DNA of 64,000 nt from Streptococcus sp. (GTDB taxonomy: Bacteria > Bacillota > Bacilli > Lactobacillales > Streptococcaceae), in the NCBI GenBank assembly GCA_030528055.1, contig JAUMZQ010000004.1:15160-79159 (forward strand), in the 5' to 3' direction. The notes below the pieces were generated by a model that saw nothing but the letters and a program-made list of their open reading frames with translations, made no database searches and had not been told where the DNA came from. Position numbers and translations under genes: made by a program. This document shows positions 43,505 to 52,462 of the stretch, piece by piece. Within the stretch, counting starts at the first letter, position 1, and the number at the start of each line of letters is the position of its first letter.

Positions 43505-44212
43505 ATGTTTCAAGTCAAAAATTTATGCAAATCATTTGGTCACCATCTAGTCTTGAATGACCTATCTATGGAACTAGATAAGCAAGGAATCACTGTCATT
43601 GTAGGATTAAATGGCGTTGGTAAAACTGTTTTTTGTGATTCTATAACGGGAATGATTCCATACGATAAAGGAACTGTTGTATTAGACGGAAATCCAATTC
43701 AAACAAAAGAGTTTAAAAAAAATATTTTCTATGTCCCCTCTGACTTCTTTCTTCCAGAATATTTAACAGGTTTGGAGTACGCTCAGTTTGTACAATCAAG
43801 ATATGACAATTCGAACATAGAAGTTTTCAAAGAAATAGCAAGCATATTAGAGATGACCGAATCATTAAAGAAAAGAATTGAATTCTACTCATTTGGAATG
43901 AAAAAAAAGTTGCAAATTGCTTTGGCACTCTCTTTAAATGTAGATTATCTCATTGCAGATGAAATTTTCAGCGGACTAGATTTAGAAACTGTTATCATCG
44001 TTCAAGAACTATTCCATTTATATACTAAGAACCATCAAATTTTACTCATTTCACATGAAAGAAATATTATCAATCAATTTTCTAATCATATTTTACTAAT
44101 GGCAGATGGAAAACTCACGAAGTTCAATGGAACAGTAGATGAGCTTTCTGAATATATTTATAAGCAGGGGAAAATGGATGAAAAATTGGAAAGAATTAAA
44201 AAACTCATTTAA
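43505..44212 (+). CDS. ABC transporter ATP-binding protein with a non-canonical signature (ABC-2 type)
   Basis: Walker A GLNGVGKT, signature YSFGMKKKL, Walker B LIADEIFSGLD; RBS GAGGAAAAA. Confidence 0.8.
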   Translation: MFQVKNLCKSFGHHLVLNDLSMELDKQGITVIVGLNGVGKTVFCDSITGMIPYDKGTVVLDGNPIQTKEFKKNIFYVPSDFFLPEYLTGLEYAQFVQSRYDNSNIEVFKEIASILEMTESLKKRIEFYSFGMKKKLQIALALSLNVDYLIADEIFSGLDLETVIIVQELFHLYTKNHQILLISHERNIINQFSNHILLMADGKLTKFNGTVDELSEYIYKQGKMDEKLERIKKLI

Positions 44213-45872
44213 CTTATTATTCTTTTATTACCAAGATGCTCTGAAAGGACTTCTTCAAACTCCTTTCTTAAGAAAAAAACGAAATCGTTATATTCTGTTT
44301 ACTATTTTAGGTGTTCTTCTTTTTCTTCTATATGGCTTATCTCTTTTAGCCAGTCTACTTTTTAAAAATCCACAACAATCTCTATCTCATAAATCAACTC
44401 TTGAACTAACACATACAGCAAGTATTACTTTTATTAGTACGCTAGTAGTTTTATCCGTCATCCTATACATCTTTATCAATTCTATTATCAGACTCACAAA
44501 AAGTTCTCTCTATGTCACTAATATCCTACCTTATAGTAGGCAAGAAATTCTAATAGCTCAAAAACTATTTAAACTAAGCATCTCAGCGATTGTTTATGAA
44601 GGAATTTTCCTTATATCCTATACCTCCTTTTTAAGATTTACTACTAGCACTCCGTGGAATCAGTTGTTATTATTTTTTCTCTCTCATCTTCTATTTTGTA
44701 CAACTTATTTAACAATGGATGCCATTTATGCTGTCGTAGCAAAGGGGTTGTTAAAATTATCAAAATCTCAGTTTTCTATCTCTACCATTGTCTTGTTTTT
44801 AGATGTTATTTCTTTTCTACTATGTGCATGCTACTTTATCTTTTGGAAATTCGAAATAGATAGCTTTGTCGTTCAGATTCCAATACATTTAACGATAAAA
44901 ATACTAACGATAATCGGTATTGCTATTTTATTTTTACTGTTCGTTATCTGGACGAGTTATAAATTTTTATTATCTATTCAATATTCTAAGAAAAAATCTT
45001 CTGATTTTATCTATTTACCTATGATTAAAGCAAATCTTATGACCTCGCTCCCTGCTATTTATCGTAATAAAACTTTTATTCGACAAATTGCCTTTGTTGT
45101 CTTATTATTGTCACTCATCATATCTCAATCTGGACTAAAAAATGGACTTGCCTCTTTAGGATATCTAAATAGCCTAATTGTTTTCTCAGCCATTGTCTAT
45201 GCAAATGCGACAGTATCTGTTCGAAAATTCTATAATCTTTTTCGAATCAGTGTTTTTCGTGAAATGACCTCACTCATTTTAGGTGCTATACTATTTTGTG
45301 CACTTCCACTAATTCTTTTGTTCTATTTCAAAGGAACACTGACACCATTCTTTGTCTCCTTAGCAGTTTATTTCTGCTCACTAATCGTTGGTTTCTTATT
45401 TCCCGTTTCAAATGGTAATTTAAACGAACTTATTTCAATTATTGTGATAACATTATTTTCTTTGCTATTCTATCCTTTATTAAGTTTCAACAATCTAATC
45501 CTTTCTCTTCTACTATTGGCAGTCTTCATTGTCATTCTAAATAAGTTTTTAGCTCAAGGTAGAATAGTTGCTAAAAGAAAAGAAAATCCCTTACTAAATT
45601 CTTTCAAGTGGGGAAATGTCTCCTTTATTATTTTAGTGTTTGTAGATTGTTTGTTAGGACTATCTCAAATCAACGGAAGTAAAACAGTTGTTACTCTCTT
45701 AGGTATCAAAATTGTCAATAAAATCACTTCAACTAATATCAGTATGAATCTCTCTTTAAGCGATAGATTTGTCATTACCTATTTAATAGCCGTTAGTTTA
45801 TTATCTCTATTGGCTCATACTGTAATAAAAATTTTAAAAAAGAGCTCTGGTAAAATCGACTCATCCTTGTAA
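44178..45872 (+). CDS. polytopic membrane protein (about 12 TM), putative ABC-2 permease partner
   Basis: Start at MKNWKEL with RBS AGGGGA, overlapping the ATPase stop; hydrophobic throughout; no recognisable catalytic motif. Confidence 0.6.
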   Translation: MKNWKELKNSFNLLFFYYQDALKGLLQTPFLRKKRNRYILFTILGVLLFLLYGLSLLASLLFKNPQQSLSHKSTLELTHTASITFISTLVVLSVILYIFINSIIRLTKSSLYVTNILPYSRQEILIAQKLFKLSISAIVYEGIFLISYTSFLRFTTSTPWNQLLLFFLSHLLFCTTYLTMDAIYAVVAKGLLKLSKSQFSISTIVLFLDVISFLLCACYFIFWKFEIDSFVVQIPIHLTIKILTIIGIAILFLLFVIWTSYKFLLSIQYSKKKSSDFIYLPMIKANLMTSLPAIYRNKTFIRQIAFVVLLLSLIISQSGLKNGLASLGYLNSLIVFSAIVYANATVSVRKFYNLFRISVFREMTSLILGAILFCALPLILLFYFKGTLTPFFVSLAVYFCSLIVGFLFPVSNGNLNELISIIVITLFSLLFYPLLSFNNLILSLLLLAVFIVILNKFLAQGRIVAKRKENPLLNSFKWGNVSFIILVFVDCLLGLSQINGSKTVVTLLGIKIVNKITSTNISMNLSLSDRFVITYLIAVSLLSLLAHTVIKILKKSSGKIDSSL

Positions 45873-45888
45873 TTTTGAAGCCTAAAAA

Positions 45889-45920
45889 ACGAAAAGATAC
45901 AATTCTTTTCGCTTTTTTTT
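45889..45920 (+). terminator. terminator of the ABC-2 cassette
   Basis: cgaaaagat/ttcttttcg hairpin plus T8. Confidence 0.6.
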
Positions 45921-45962
45921 ATTAAATTTTGTAAGGCTATCAGAATAGTCTATTATAAATTT

Positions 45963-47228
45963 TTATTCGTATCTCAAAGCTTCAATCGGATCTAGCTTAG
46001 AAGCTTTATTAGCAGGAAGGATACCAAATATAATACCCACTACTGCTGAAAATAGGAGGCTACCTACAGCTGCGTTGATAGAAACAATCGGTGGGCCACC
46101 GAATACTTGTTCTGGCACTGTCGCGGCCAGTAAAGCATTGATCCCATAAGCAAGTCCCAGTCCAATCAAGCCACCAATCAAGGTCAATACCATTGATTCA
46201 ATTAAAAATTGGCTTAAAATATTTCCTCTAGTAGCTCCCAATGCTTTTCTGAGACCAATTTCTCTTGTGCGTTCTGTAACAGAAACGAGCATGATATTCA
46301 TAACTCCAATACCACCAACGAAAAGTGAGATCCCAGCGATAGATCCAATTACAGCTGTCATTACCCCAGTAATTTGTTCAAATTGCTTAATGACGCTATC
46401 CAAATTTAGAATTTGGTACTCACCTTGATGAGCTTCAGATAGTTTGGTTAACTCTTTTGCCGCTGCAATACCTACTTCATTTACACGACTAATTTCAGGA
46501 ACATAAACAACAACATTGGTAATTTCATCTACATTAAATTCGGACGCTAGTTGAGTATTGGCCATAATTGCACCGCCACTTCCTCCTCCAACAGCCACAG
46601 TCTGATTTGGATCTTTGTAAACACCTATTACACGATAATTGCTTTCTCCTACACTCACAACCTTATTTAGAGCATCTGAATTACTAGTAAACAAGGTCTT
46701 TGCTAGAGATTCATCAATCATTACGACACGAGAAAAGTTGCTATAATCTGCTTTATTAAGCGAGCGTCCAGCCAATATTTTGTATTTTCTTACTTTAAAA
46801 AAAGTAGAATTGACTCCCTCAATGGGAGTATTCTCAGCTTTCTTATTCAGATAAGAAAAAGTAGCTGAAGAACTATTTGTCGTATAGTAACCTTTCACTC
46901 CATCTATTTTTAGCAATTCTTTTGCCCAAGATTCTCTTATTGTTGGAGGAGCTTCTATTACTTCATTATCTGCTTGTTCTTCCTGCTCTGGATTTTGACC
47001 ACCACTTAAGTCCACCCCTTGAACATTATTACTCTTAGTATTGGAGTATAATAATTGCACATATTGTTGGTCTTTGGTAATGCTTTTTGTAACACCTTGT
47101 TGCATCCCATTTCCGAGTGCCATGATAACCACGACGGATGCAACCCCTATAATAATCCCAATCATTGTCAAAAAGGAGCGCATCTTATGACCCAGAATCG
47201 AGGTAATAGCAAATTTCCAATTTTGCAT
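45963..47228 (-). CDS. MacB-type ABC permease (FtsX domain)
   Basis: 421 aa; N-terminal TM, periplasmic domain, C-terminal FtsX bundle (ERTREIGLRKALGA). Confidence 0.85.
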   Translation of the reverse strand: MQNWKFAITSILGHKMRSFLTMIGIIIGVASVVVIMALGNGMQQGVTKSITKDQQYVQLLYSNTKSNNVQGVDLSGGQNPEQEEQADNEVIEAPPTIRESWAKELLKIDGVKGYYTTNSSSATFSYLNKKAENTPIEGVNSTFFKVRKYKILAGRSLNKADYSNFSRVVMIDESLAKTLFTSNSDALNKVVSVGESNYRVIGVYKDPNQTVAVGGGSGGAIMANTQLASEFNVDEITNVVVYVPEISRVNEVGIAAAKELTKLSEAHQGEYQILNLDSVIKQFEQITGVMTAVIGSIAGISLFVGGIGVMNIMLVSVTERTREIGLRKALGATRGNILSQFLIESMVLTLIGGLIGLGLAYGINALLAATVPEQVFGGPPIVSINAAVGSLLFSAVVGIIFGILPANKASKLDPIEALRYE

Positions 47229-47926
47229 TAGACGTTTTCTCCTTTCTCATTACTATCTGAAAAGATAACCCCATCTCGAATAACAATTTGGCGTTTTGCA
47301 TGAGCCGCAATTTCTGGCTCATGAGTTACCATAATAATCGTTTTTCCTTCTTCATTCAAATCAGTCAATAATTTCATGATTTGTTCACCTGTCTTAGTGT
47401 CCAAAGCACCTGTTGGCTCATCAGCCAAAATAATAGAGGGACTGTTAACTAAAGCACGAGCAATAGCCACACGTTGCTTTTGACCACCTGACAGTTCTGA
47501 TGGGAGATGGTGCATCCGTCCCTCTAGCTCTACTTTTTGTAAATATTGTGTAGCTAGCGCTTTACGTTTAGATGGACCAACACCTGAGTATATTAAGGGT
47601 AATTCTACATTTTGCAAAGCATTTAACTTGGATAATAGGAAGAACTGTTGAAATACAAAACCAATTTGCTTATTTCTCACTTTGGCTAATCTCTTATCAT
47701 TTAATTTTGAAACATCTTCACCTTCCAGATGATACTCTCCTGTTGTTGGACGGTCTAACATGCCAATAATATTCATCAAAGTTGATTTACCAGAACCAGA
47801 AGGTCCCATAATAGCCAAAAATTCTCCTTCTTCCACTTCTAAATGGACATTTTTTAGAACTTGTAACTCCTGATCTCCATTGCGATAACTTTTATTAATG
47901 TTCTTTAAATCAATTAGCTTCTTCAT
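47228..47926 (-). CDS. ABC transporter ATP-binding protein (MacB/YknY-like)
   Basis: Walker A GPSGSGKST, signature LSGGQKQR, Walker [12 protein letters not shown]. Confidence 0.9.
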   Translation of the reverse strand: MKKLIDLKNINKSYRNGDQELQVLKNVHLEVEEGEFLAIMGPSGSGKSTLMNIIGMLDRPTTGEYHLEGEDVSKLNDKRLAKVRNKQIGFVFQQFFLLSKLNALQNVELPLIYSGVGPSKRKALATQYLQKVELEGRMHHLPSELSGGQKQRVAIARALVNSPSIILADEPTGALDTKTGEQIMKLLTDLNEEGKTIIMVTHEPEIAAHAKRQIVIRDGVIFSDSNEKGENV

Positions 47927-49067
47927 AAGATTTCACCTCTTGACCATCTTTCAAGCTATCTGTCGGATTGATGATAACTTTACTATCTTTTGTCAAACCA
48001 GATGAGATTTCTTGATTTTCAGCATCTGCATTCCCAAGAGTTACTTCTACTTTTTTAGCTGCACCTTTCTCAAGAATCCAAACATAATTCTTTTCTCCAT
48101 CTGAAATAACACTGCTAACGGGAACGAGTATTCCTTTAGTATTATTTTTTACTTCAATATTGACAGAGAAACCTTGTTTTAGATCTCCAATCTCACTTGT
48201 AATTTCAACTGTAAATGGATATTTTGCTCCAGAACTTGGTGTACTCCCAGCTGTTCCAGCTTCAGCAACTTGTTGACCATCTTTTGGATAGTTTGAGATA
48301 TAGTTAATCTTTCCAGTCCATTTTTTATCTGGATAAACTTTAGATGTGATTTCAACTTCTTGTCCAACGGATATATTAGATAGGTTATACTCAGATAATT
48401 CCCCTTTAATCTGAAGATTTCCGTTACTCACGATATGAACCAATGTTTGACTAGAACCTGTTGTAGACTTTGAAACGTCACGATTTACTTCAACGACTGT
48501 TCCATCTGTTGTACTAGTTACTGTGGTAGCATCAAGTGCTGCTTTAGCCTTGTTCATATTGTCCACAGCATCTACTCTTGCATCACGTAAATCAGCTGCT
48601 TGCGAATCTACAGAACGTTGTGCAGAAGCTGCTGTATTAGCATCAGCCTCTTCATCCCCAACACTGTTTACCGTTACTCCATTTGTTTCCAAATCATGTA
48701 ATTGGCGATCTACTTTATTAACAGCACGAACTGCTGCATCATAGGCTGCTTGTGCCTCTGTGCTTTTATATTTTACAAGACTTTGACCAACTGTTATTTG
48801 ATCACCTACGTTGACTAAAACTTCTTCTAAGTCCCCTTTGGTGCCATCATAATAAACATACTGCTCGCCATTAGCTCGGACATTCCCAGACAAGAGAACT
48901 GACGAAGCCACAGAACCTTCTGTCGCCTGTTTAACCATTAATTTTTCATCTTTGGTTGATTTTGAAGAATTACCTCCATTTAAAAATGCAAATAAAGTTG
49001 CACCTACGACAATAGAAACGGTAACTCCAATTATGCTAAATAATTGCCATTTTTTTAATTTTTTCAT
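47910..49067 (-). CDS. efflux periplasmic adaptor / HlyD-family membrane fusion protein
   Basis: Start at MKKLKKWQ with RBS GGAGGG; single N-terminal TM, coiled-coil and beta-barrel regions. Confidence 0.8.
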   Translation of the reverse strand: MKKLKKWQLFSIIGVTVSIVVGATLFAFLNGGNSSKSTKDEKLMVKQATEGSVASSVLLSGNVRANGEQYVYYDGTKGDLEEVLVNVGDQITVGQSLVKYKSTEAQAAYDAAVRAVNKVDRQLHDLETNGVTVNSVGDEEADANTAASAQRSVDSQAADLRDARVDAVDNMNKAKAALDATTVTSTTDGTVVEVNRDVSKSTTGSSQTLVHIVSNGNLQIKGELSEYNLSNISVGQEVEITSKVYPDKKWTGKINYISNYPKDGQQVAEAGTAGSTPSSGAKYPFTVEITSEIGDLKQGFSVNIEVKNNTKGILVPVSSVISDGEKNYVWILEKGAAKKVEVTLGNADAENQEISSGLTKDSKVIINPTDSLKDGQEVKSYEEAN

Positions 49068-49245
49068 TTTTCCCTCCATTTAATAAATTAATTAATCAAT
49101 TTATACTTATCATTATAACATAAGTTTATTCCAATAATTCTTTAAAAATTTGATGACACAACATATATACGGCTACTTTGCATTTTCTTTGCAATCACTA
49201 TTCAAAAAAGGTATAATAATTTCATCTTAACATCAAGGAGTTTTT

Positions 49246-50595
49246 ATGAGAGAATTTGATATTATTGCCATTGGTGGCGGTAGTGCTGGTATCGCCAGTA
49301 TGAATAGAGCTGGAGAATACGGAGCTAAAGCTGCTGTAATTGAAGCAAATAAACTAGGCGGAACTTGTATCAATGTCGGATGCGTTCCCAAAAAAATCAT
49401 GTGGTATGGTGCTCAAATTGCTGAAGCCATCCAACATTATGGACCAGATTATGGTTTTACATCTGAAAATCAGCAGTTTGACTTTAAAACTCTCCGAAAA
49501 AATCGTGAAGCCTATATTGATAGAGCACGCTCCTCCTACGATGGTAGTTTTCAACGAAATGGCGTTGAATTGATTCAAGGACAAGCTCGCTTTGTAGATA
49601 ATCATACCATAGAAGTAAATGGCGAGTTGTTAACTGCCAAACACATCGTTATTGCAACGGGTGCTCATGCAGCTATTCCTACTATTTCTGGAGCTGAACT
49701 TGGTGAAACTTCTGATGATGTTTTTTCATGGGAAGAATTGCCAAACTCTGTAGCCATTCTCGGTGCTGGATATATTGCAGTAGAATTAGCTGGTGTTCTT
49801 CATAGCCTTGAAGTCAAAACTGATCTTTTCGTTCGACGTGACCGACCTCTTCGTAACTTTGACTCTTATTTAATTGAAGGGCTAGTCGAGGAAATGCAGA
49901 AAAACAACCTGCCTTTGCATACACATAAAATTCCTCAAAAACTGAGTAAACTCCCTACCGGAGAAATAAAAATTGATTTTGAAGATGGAAGTAGCCACAC
50001 AGCAGAACATGTTGTTTGGGCGATTGGTCGAGTTCCAAATGTAGCCAATCTTAATTTAGAAGCAACTGGAATATCTATAACTGACCGTGGATTTATCAAA
50101 GTAGATGCTTATCAAAACACAGATGTTGAAGGAGTTTATGCTCTCGGTGATGTAACCGGTGAAAAGGAACTGACTCCCGTTGCCATCAAAGCCGGCAGAA
50201 CCTTATCTGAACGTCTGTTTAATGGGAAGACAAACGCAAAAATGGATTACTCAACTATTCCAACCGTTGTTTTCTCTCATCCAACCATTGGAACCGTTGG
50301 GTTAACAGAACAAGAAGCTATCCAACAATATGGAGTTCAATCCATTCATATCTACACTTCCAGTTTCTCGGATATGTACTCAGCTGTCACTCAACACCGA
50401 CGCCAAGCACGTTTTAAACTAATCACCCTTGGACCAGAAGAACGAGTCATTGGACTGCACGGTATTGGATATGGTGTTGATGAAATGATTCAAGGTTTTG
50501 CGGTAGCTATAAAAATGGGAGCTACCAAAGCAGACTTTGATGCCACTGTGGCAATTCATCCGACTGGATCAGAGGAATTTGTGACCATGCGCTAA
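49246..50595 (+). CDS. gor: glutathione-disulfide reductase
   Basis: 449 aa; FAD-binding GGGSAG, redox-active [14 protein letters not shown]-terminal HPT..E dimerisation motif. Confidence 0.9.
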   Translation: MREFDIIAIGGGSAGIASMNRAGEYGAKAAVIEANKLGGTCINVGCVPKKIMWYGAQIAEAIQHYGPDYGFTSENQQFDFKTLRKNREAYIDRARSSYDGSFQRNGVELIQGQARFVDNHTIEVNGELLTAKHIVIATGAHAAIPTISGAELGETSDDVFSWEELPNSVAILGAGYIAVELAGVLHSLEVKTDLFVRRDRPLRNFDSYLIEGLVEEMQKNNLPLHTHKIPQKLSKLPTGEIKIDFEDGSSHTAEHVVWAIGRVPNVANLNLEATGISITDRGFIKVDAYQNTDVEGVYALGDVTGEKELTPVAIKAGRTLSERLFNGKTNAKMDYSTIPTVVFSHPTIGTVGLTEQEAIQQYGVQSIHIYTSSFSDMYSAVTQHRRQARFKLITLGPEERVIGLHGIGYGVDEMIQGFAVAIKMGATKADFDATVAIHPTGSEEFVTMR

Positions 50596-50832
50596 TATTC
50601 ACCATAATATTTATCTCTATAATATATCTTATTGTATTGAATGAAATCGTTACTCCTTTCTATGATTAATAGATTAATAAAAAATAAAGCCAATTTCCAT
50701 AGCTTTATCTTACATTTTTTTATCTAATCTTACATTCTTGTAAGATTGAAAATTATTTTACTTTTAAAACTATAAAATAGTTGTTTTTTGATATAATAGA
50801 TAGAAAGATAAAGCATGACAGAAGGGAGTAAT

Positions 50833-50964
50833 ATGACAAACATTAAAAAAATTTTGCTAGCCCTAGCAATTATAGTATTTAACATTTTTGGACTCATCGC
50901 CTTTCTCATTTTGTTTATAAAAAGCAAAAAACGGAAAAAAGAAAAGTATTCATTAAAACAATAA
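50833..50964 (+). CDS. small membrane peptide (43 aa) with a lysine-rich C-terminus
   Basis: RBS AGAAGGGAG 6 nt upstream of ATG; MTNIKKILLALAIIVFNIFGLIAFLILFIKSKKRKKEKYSLKQ; extended -10 TGATATAAT upstream; terminator downstream. Confidence 0.5.
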   Translation: MTNIKKILLALAIIVFNIFGLIAFLILFIKSKKRKKEKYSLKQ

Positions 50965-51007
50965 TCTTTTGACTGGATGAGAATTTTTTTGAAAATTAGT
51001 CATGGAT

Positions 51008-51051
51008 AACAAGCAACTAGAAATAAATTATTTCTGGTTGCTTGTTTTTTA
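51008..51051 (+). terminator. terminator after the small peptide gene
   Basis: aacaagcaac.../ggttgcttgtt hairpin plus T6. Confidence 0.6.
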
Positions 51052-51163
51052 TATTATCCTATATCCCTTTTCACATATTTTTAGAAAATATCCAGAAAAT
51101 TTTCTTACATAAAAAATTTTTTTATGATAAAATATGAACCTACAAAAGAAAAAGGAGTTTTTT

Positions 51164-51640
51164 ATGCCTAGAAATTTTAAAGAAGGTATGGTATTTACTA
51201 GTCTCATGTGTAGCATGATGGTAATTGGAATGAGTAGTTGGAATTTATGGTTAAGTGGGCATTTTAGTGTTTCACATATTGCTATTGGATTCATTCCTGG
51301 ATTTATCGTAGCTGTTTTAGCTGATTTGTTAATCGCTGCTCGTATAGCAAAACCTGCTGCCTTTAAAAGTCTTGCTTATTTAAATAGAAATAAAAATTGG
51401 GATTTAAAAAAGGAATTAGTTGTAAAAGTTCTTCTAATCACATTTTTTATGGTTTTAGTTATGGTTACTTTGATGTCATTTTATGGTATTTTTGTGAGTG
51501 GGCTTCCATTTTCTCTAGCGACTTATTTTAAAACATGGTTTTTTAACTTTTTAATGGGATTCCCTCTAAATTTAATAATTGTGGGGCCTTTATCACGCTT
51601 TATTCTATCTTTGATTCAAGCTCGTTCTGTTGCTAAATAA
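51164..51640 (+). CDS. small integral membrane protein (DUF2798-like)
   Basis: RBS AAAGGAG; 158 aa with 4 predicted TM; -35 CTTACA / -10 ATAAAAT upstream. Confidence 0.5.
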   Translation: MPRNFKEGMVFTSLMCSMMVIGMSSWNLWLSGHFSVSHIAIGFIPGFIVAVLADLLIAARIAKPAAFKSLAYLNRNKNWDLKKELVVKVLLITFFMVLVMVTLMSFYGIFVSGLPFSLATYFKTWFFNFLMGFPLNLIIVGPLSRFILSLIQARSVAK

Positions 51641-51765
51641 ACAAAACCTCCAAAACTCTCCTATCCTTAAAAATTGATTAGCAATACTAACAGTTTTTAA
51701 GTTTTGAGTTTCAGAGGTTTTCTTTTTCAACATCTATACAGGCATACTATAACATAACCAATAGT

Positions 51766-51978
51766 TTAATTTTTAAAAGCTTCTAGCATAACCTGAAATT
51801 CTTCATTGGAAAGGGTAACTCCTTTTCCCATTTTCGTATGATCAGGACTCCATGAACGAATATCATACTTTGCTGCTGCTCCGTTAAAACTAACGCGATT
51901 CAACTCCTTAGTCCATCCTTTGTCATTTTCTGACAAAACTAATAAGTGTTCTTCAATTTCAAATTTAAATTCTGACAT
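51766..51978 (-). CDS. YdbC/PC4-like ssDNA-binding domain protein
   Basis: 70 aa; matches the YdbC-family pattern (KFEI.E...VLSEN.KGW.KELN..SWNG...K.D.R.W.PDH.KMGKG.TLS.EE). Confidence 0.55.
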   Translation of the reverse strand: MSEFKFEIEEHLLVLSENDKGWTKELNRVSFNGAAAKYDIRSWSPDHTKMGKGVTLSNEEFQVMLEAFKN

Positions 51979-52083
51979 TTTTCACCTCTTTTTTGTTCTT
52001 TCACTTAATAATTCGTAAAATGATTTACATTTCAGCGAATTTTATTATATAATATATTGTAACAAGTTATGGAGATTTTAGCT

Positions 52084-52425
52084 ATGAAAAAATATCTCAA
52101 AATGATTCTACAAAAGGCAAGCGAATTTATCACCGATAAAAAAAATGATATAGGCTATGAAAATAACGGTCGTATTCTACGCACGATCGAATTGGCGCTA
52201 AGAAAAAATTCTGGGGTTCATGTGATCTTTTTAGATAAAAGTTTTACGGGTGATATCGTAAAATACGATAAAGAACGCCAGCAGCTCATTGTTAAAAATT
52301 TCAAAAAAAACATGACAACCATTATTCGCATACTAGATATTAAAAGAATCAGTCTCGTTCCTAACAACATCCGTGAAGCACAGAAAAAAGGAATCCTCCT
52401 AACCAATCAAAAAACCAAAAAATAA
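52084..52425 (+). CDS. YolD-like small protein, hypothetical
   Basis: 113 aa; hydrophobic periodicity ...VHVIFLDKSFTGDIVKYD...LIV...IIRILDIKRISLV resembling YolD-like proteins; RBS GGAG. Confidence 0.35.
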   Translation: MKKYLKMILQKASEFITDKKNDIGYENNGRILRTIELALRKNSGVHVIFLDKSFTGDIVKYDKERQQLIVKNFKKNMTTIIRILDIKRISLVPNNIREAQKKGILLTNQKTKK

Positions 52426-52462
52426 CTTTTAATGTTTGAATCATTAAAAGTTATTTTTTTTT
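52419..52462. terminator. bidirectional terminator
   Basis: aaaataactttt/aaaagttatttt hairpin with a T9 run. Confidence 0.6.

Noticed and set aside
44139-44177. Upstream extension of the 12-TM protein (MSFLNIFISRGKW)
   Set aside because: Overlaps the ATPase C-terminus; an RBS precedes MKNWKEL at 44178.
50730-51294. Minus-strand ORFs 50730..50927 and 51049..51294
   Set aside because: Both are antisense to better-supported plus-strand elements (the RBS-equipped 43-aa gene, the terminator, and the promoter/start of the 51164 gene) and lack RBSs.
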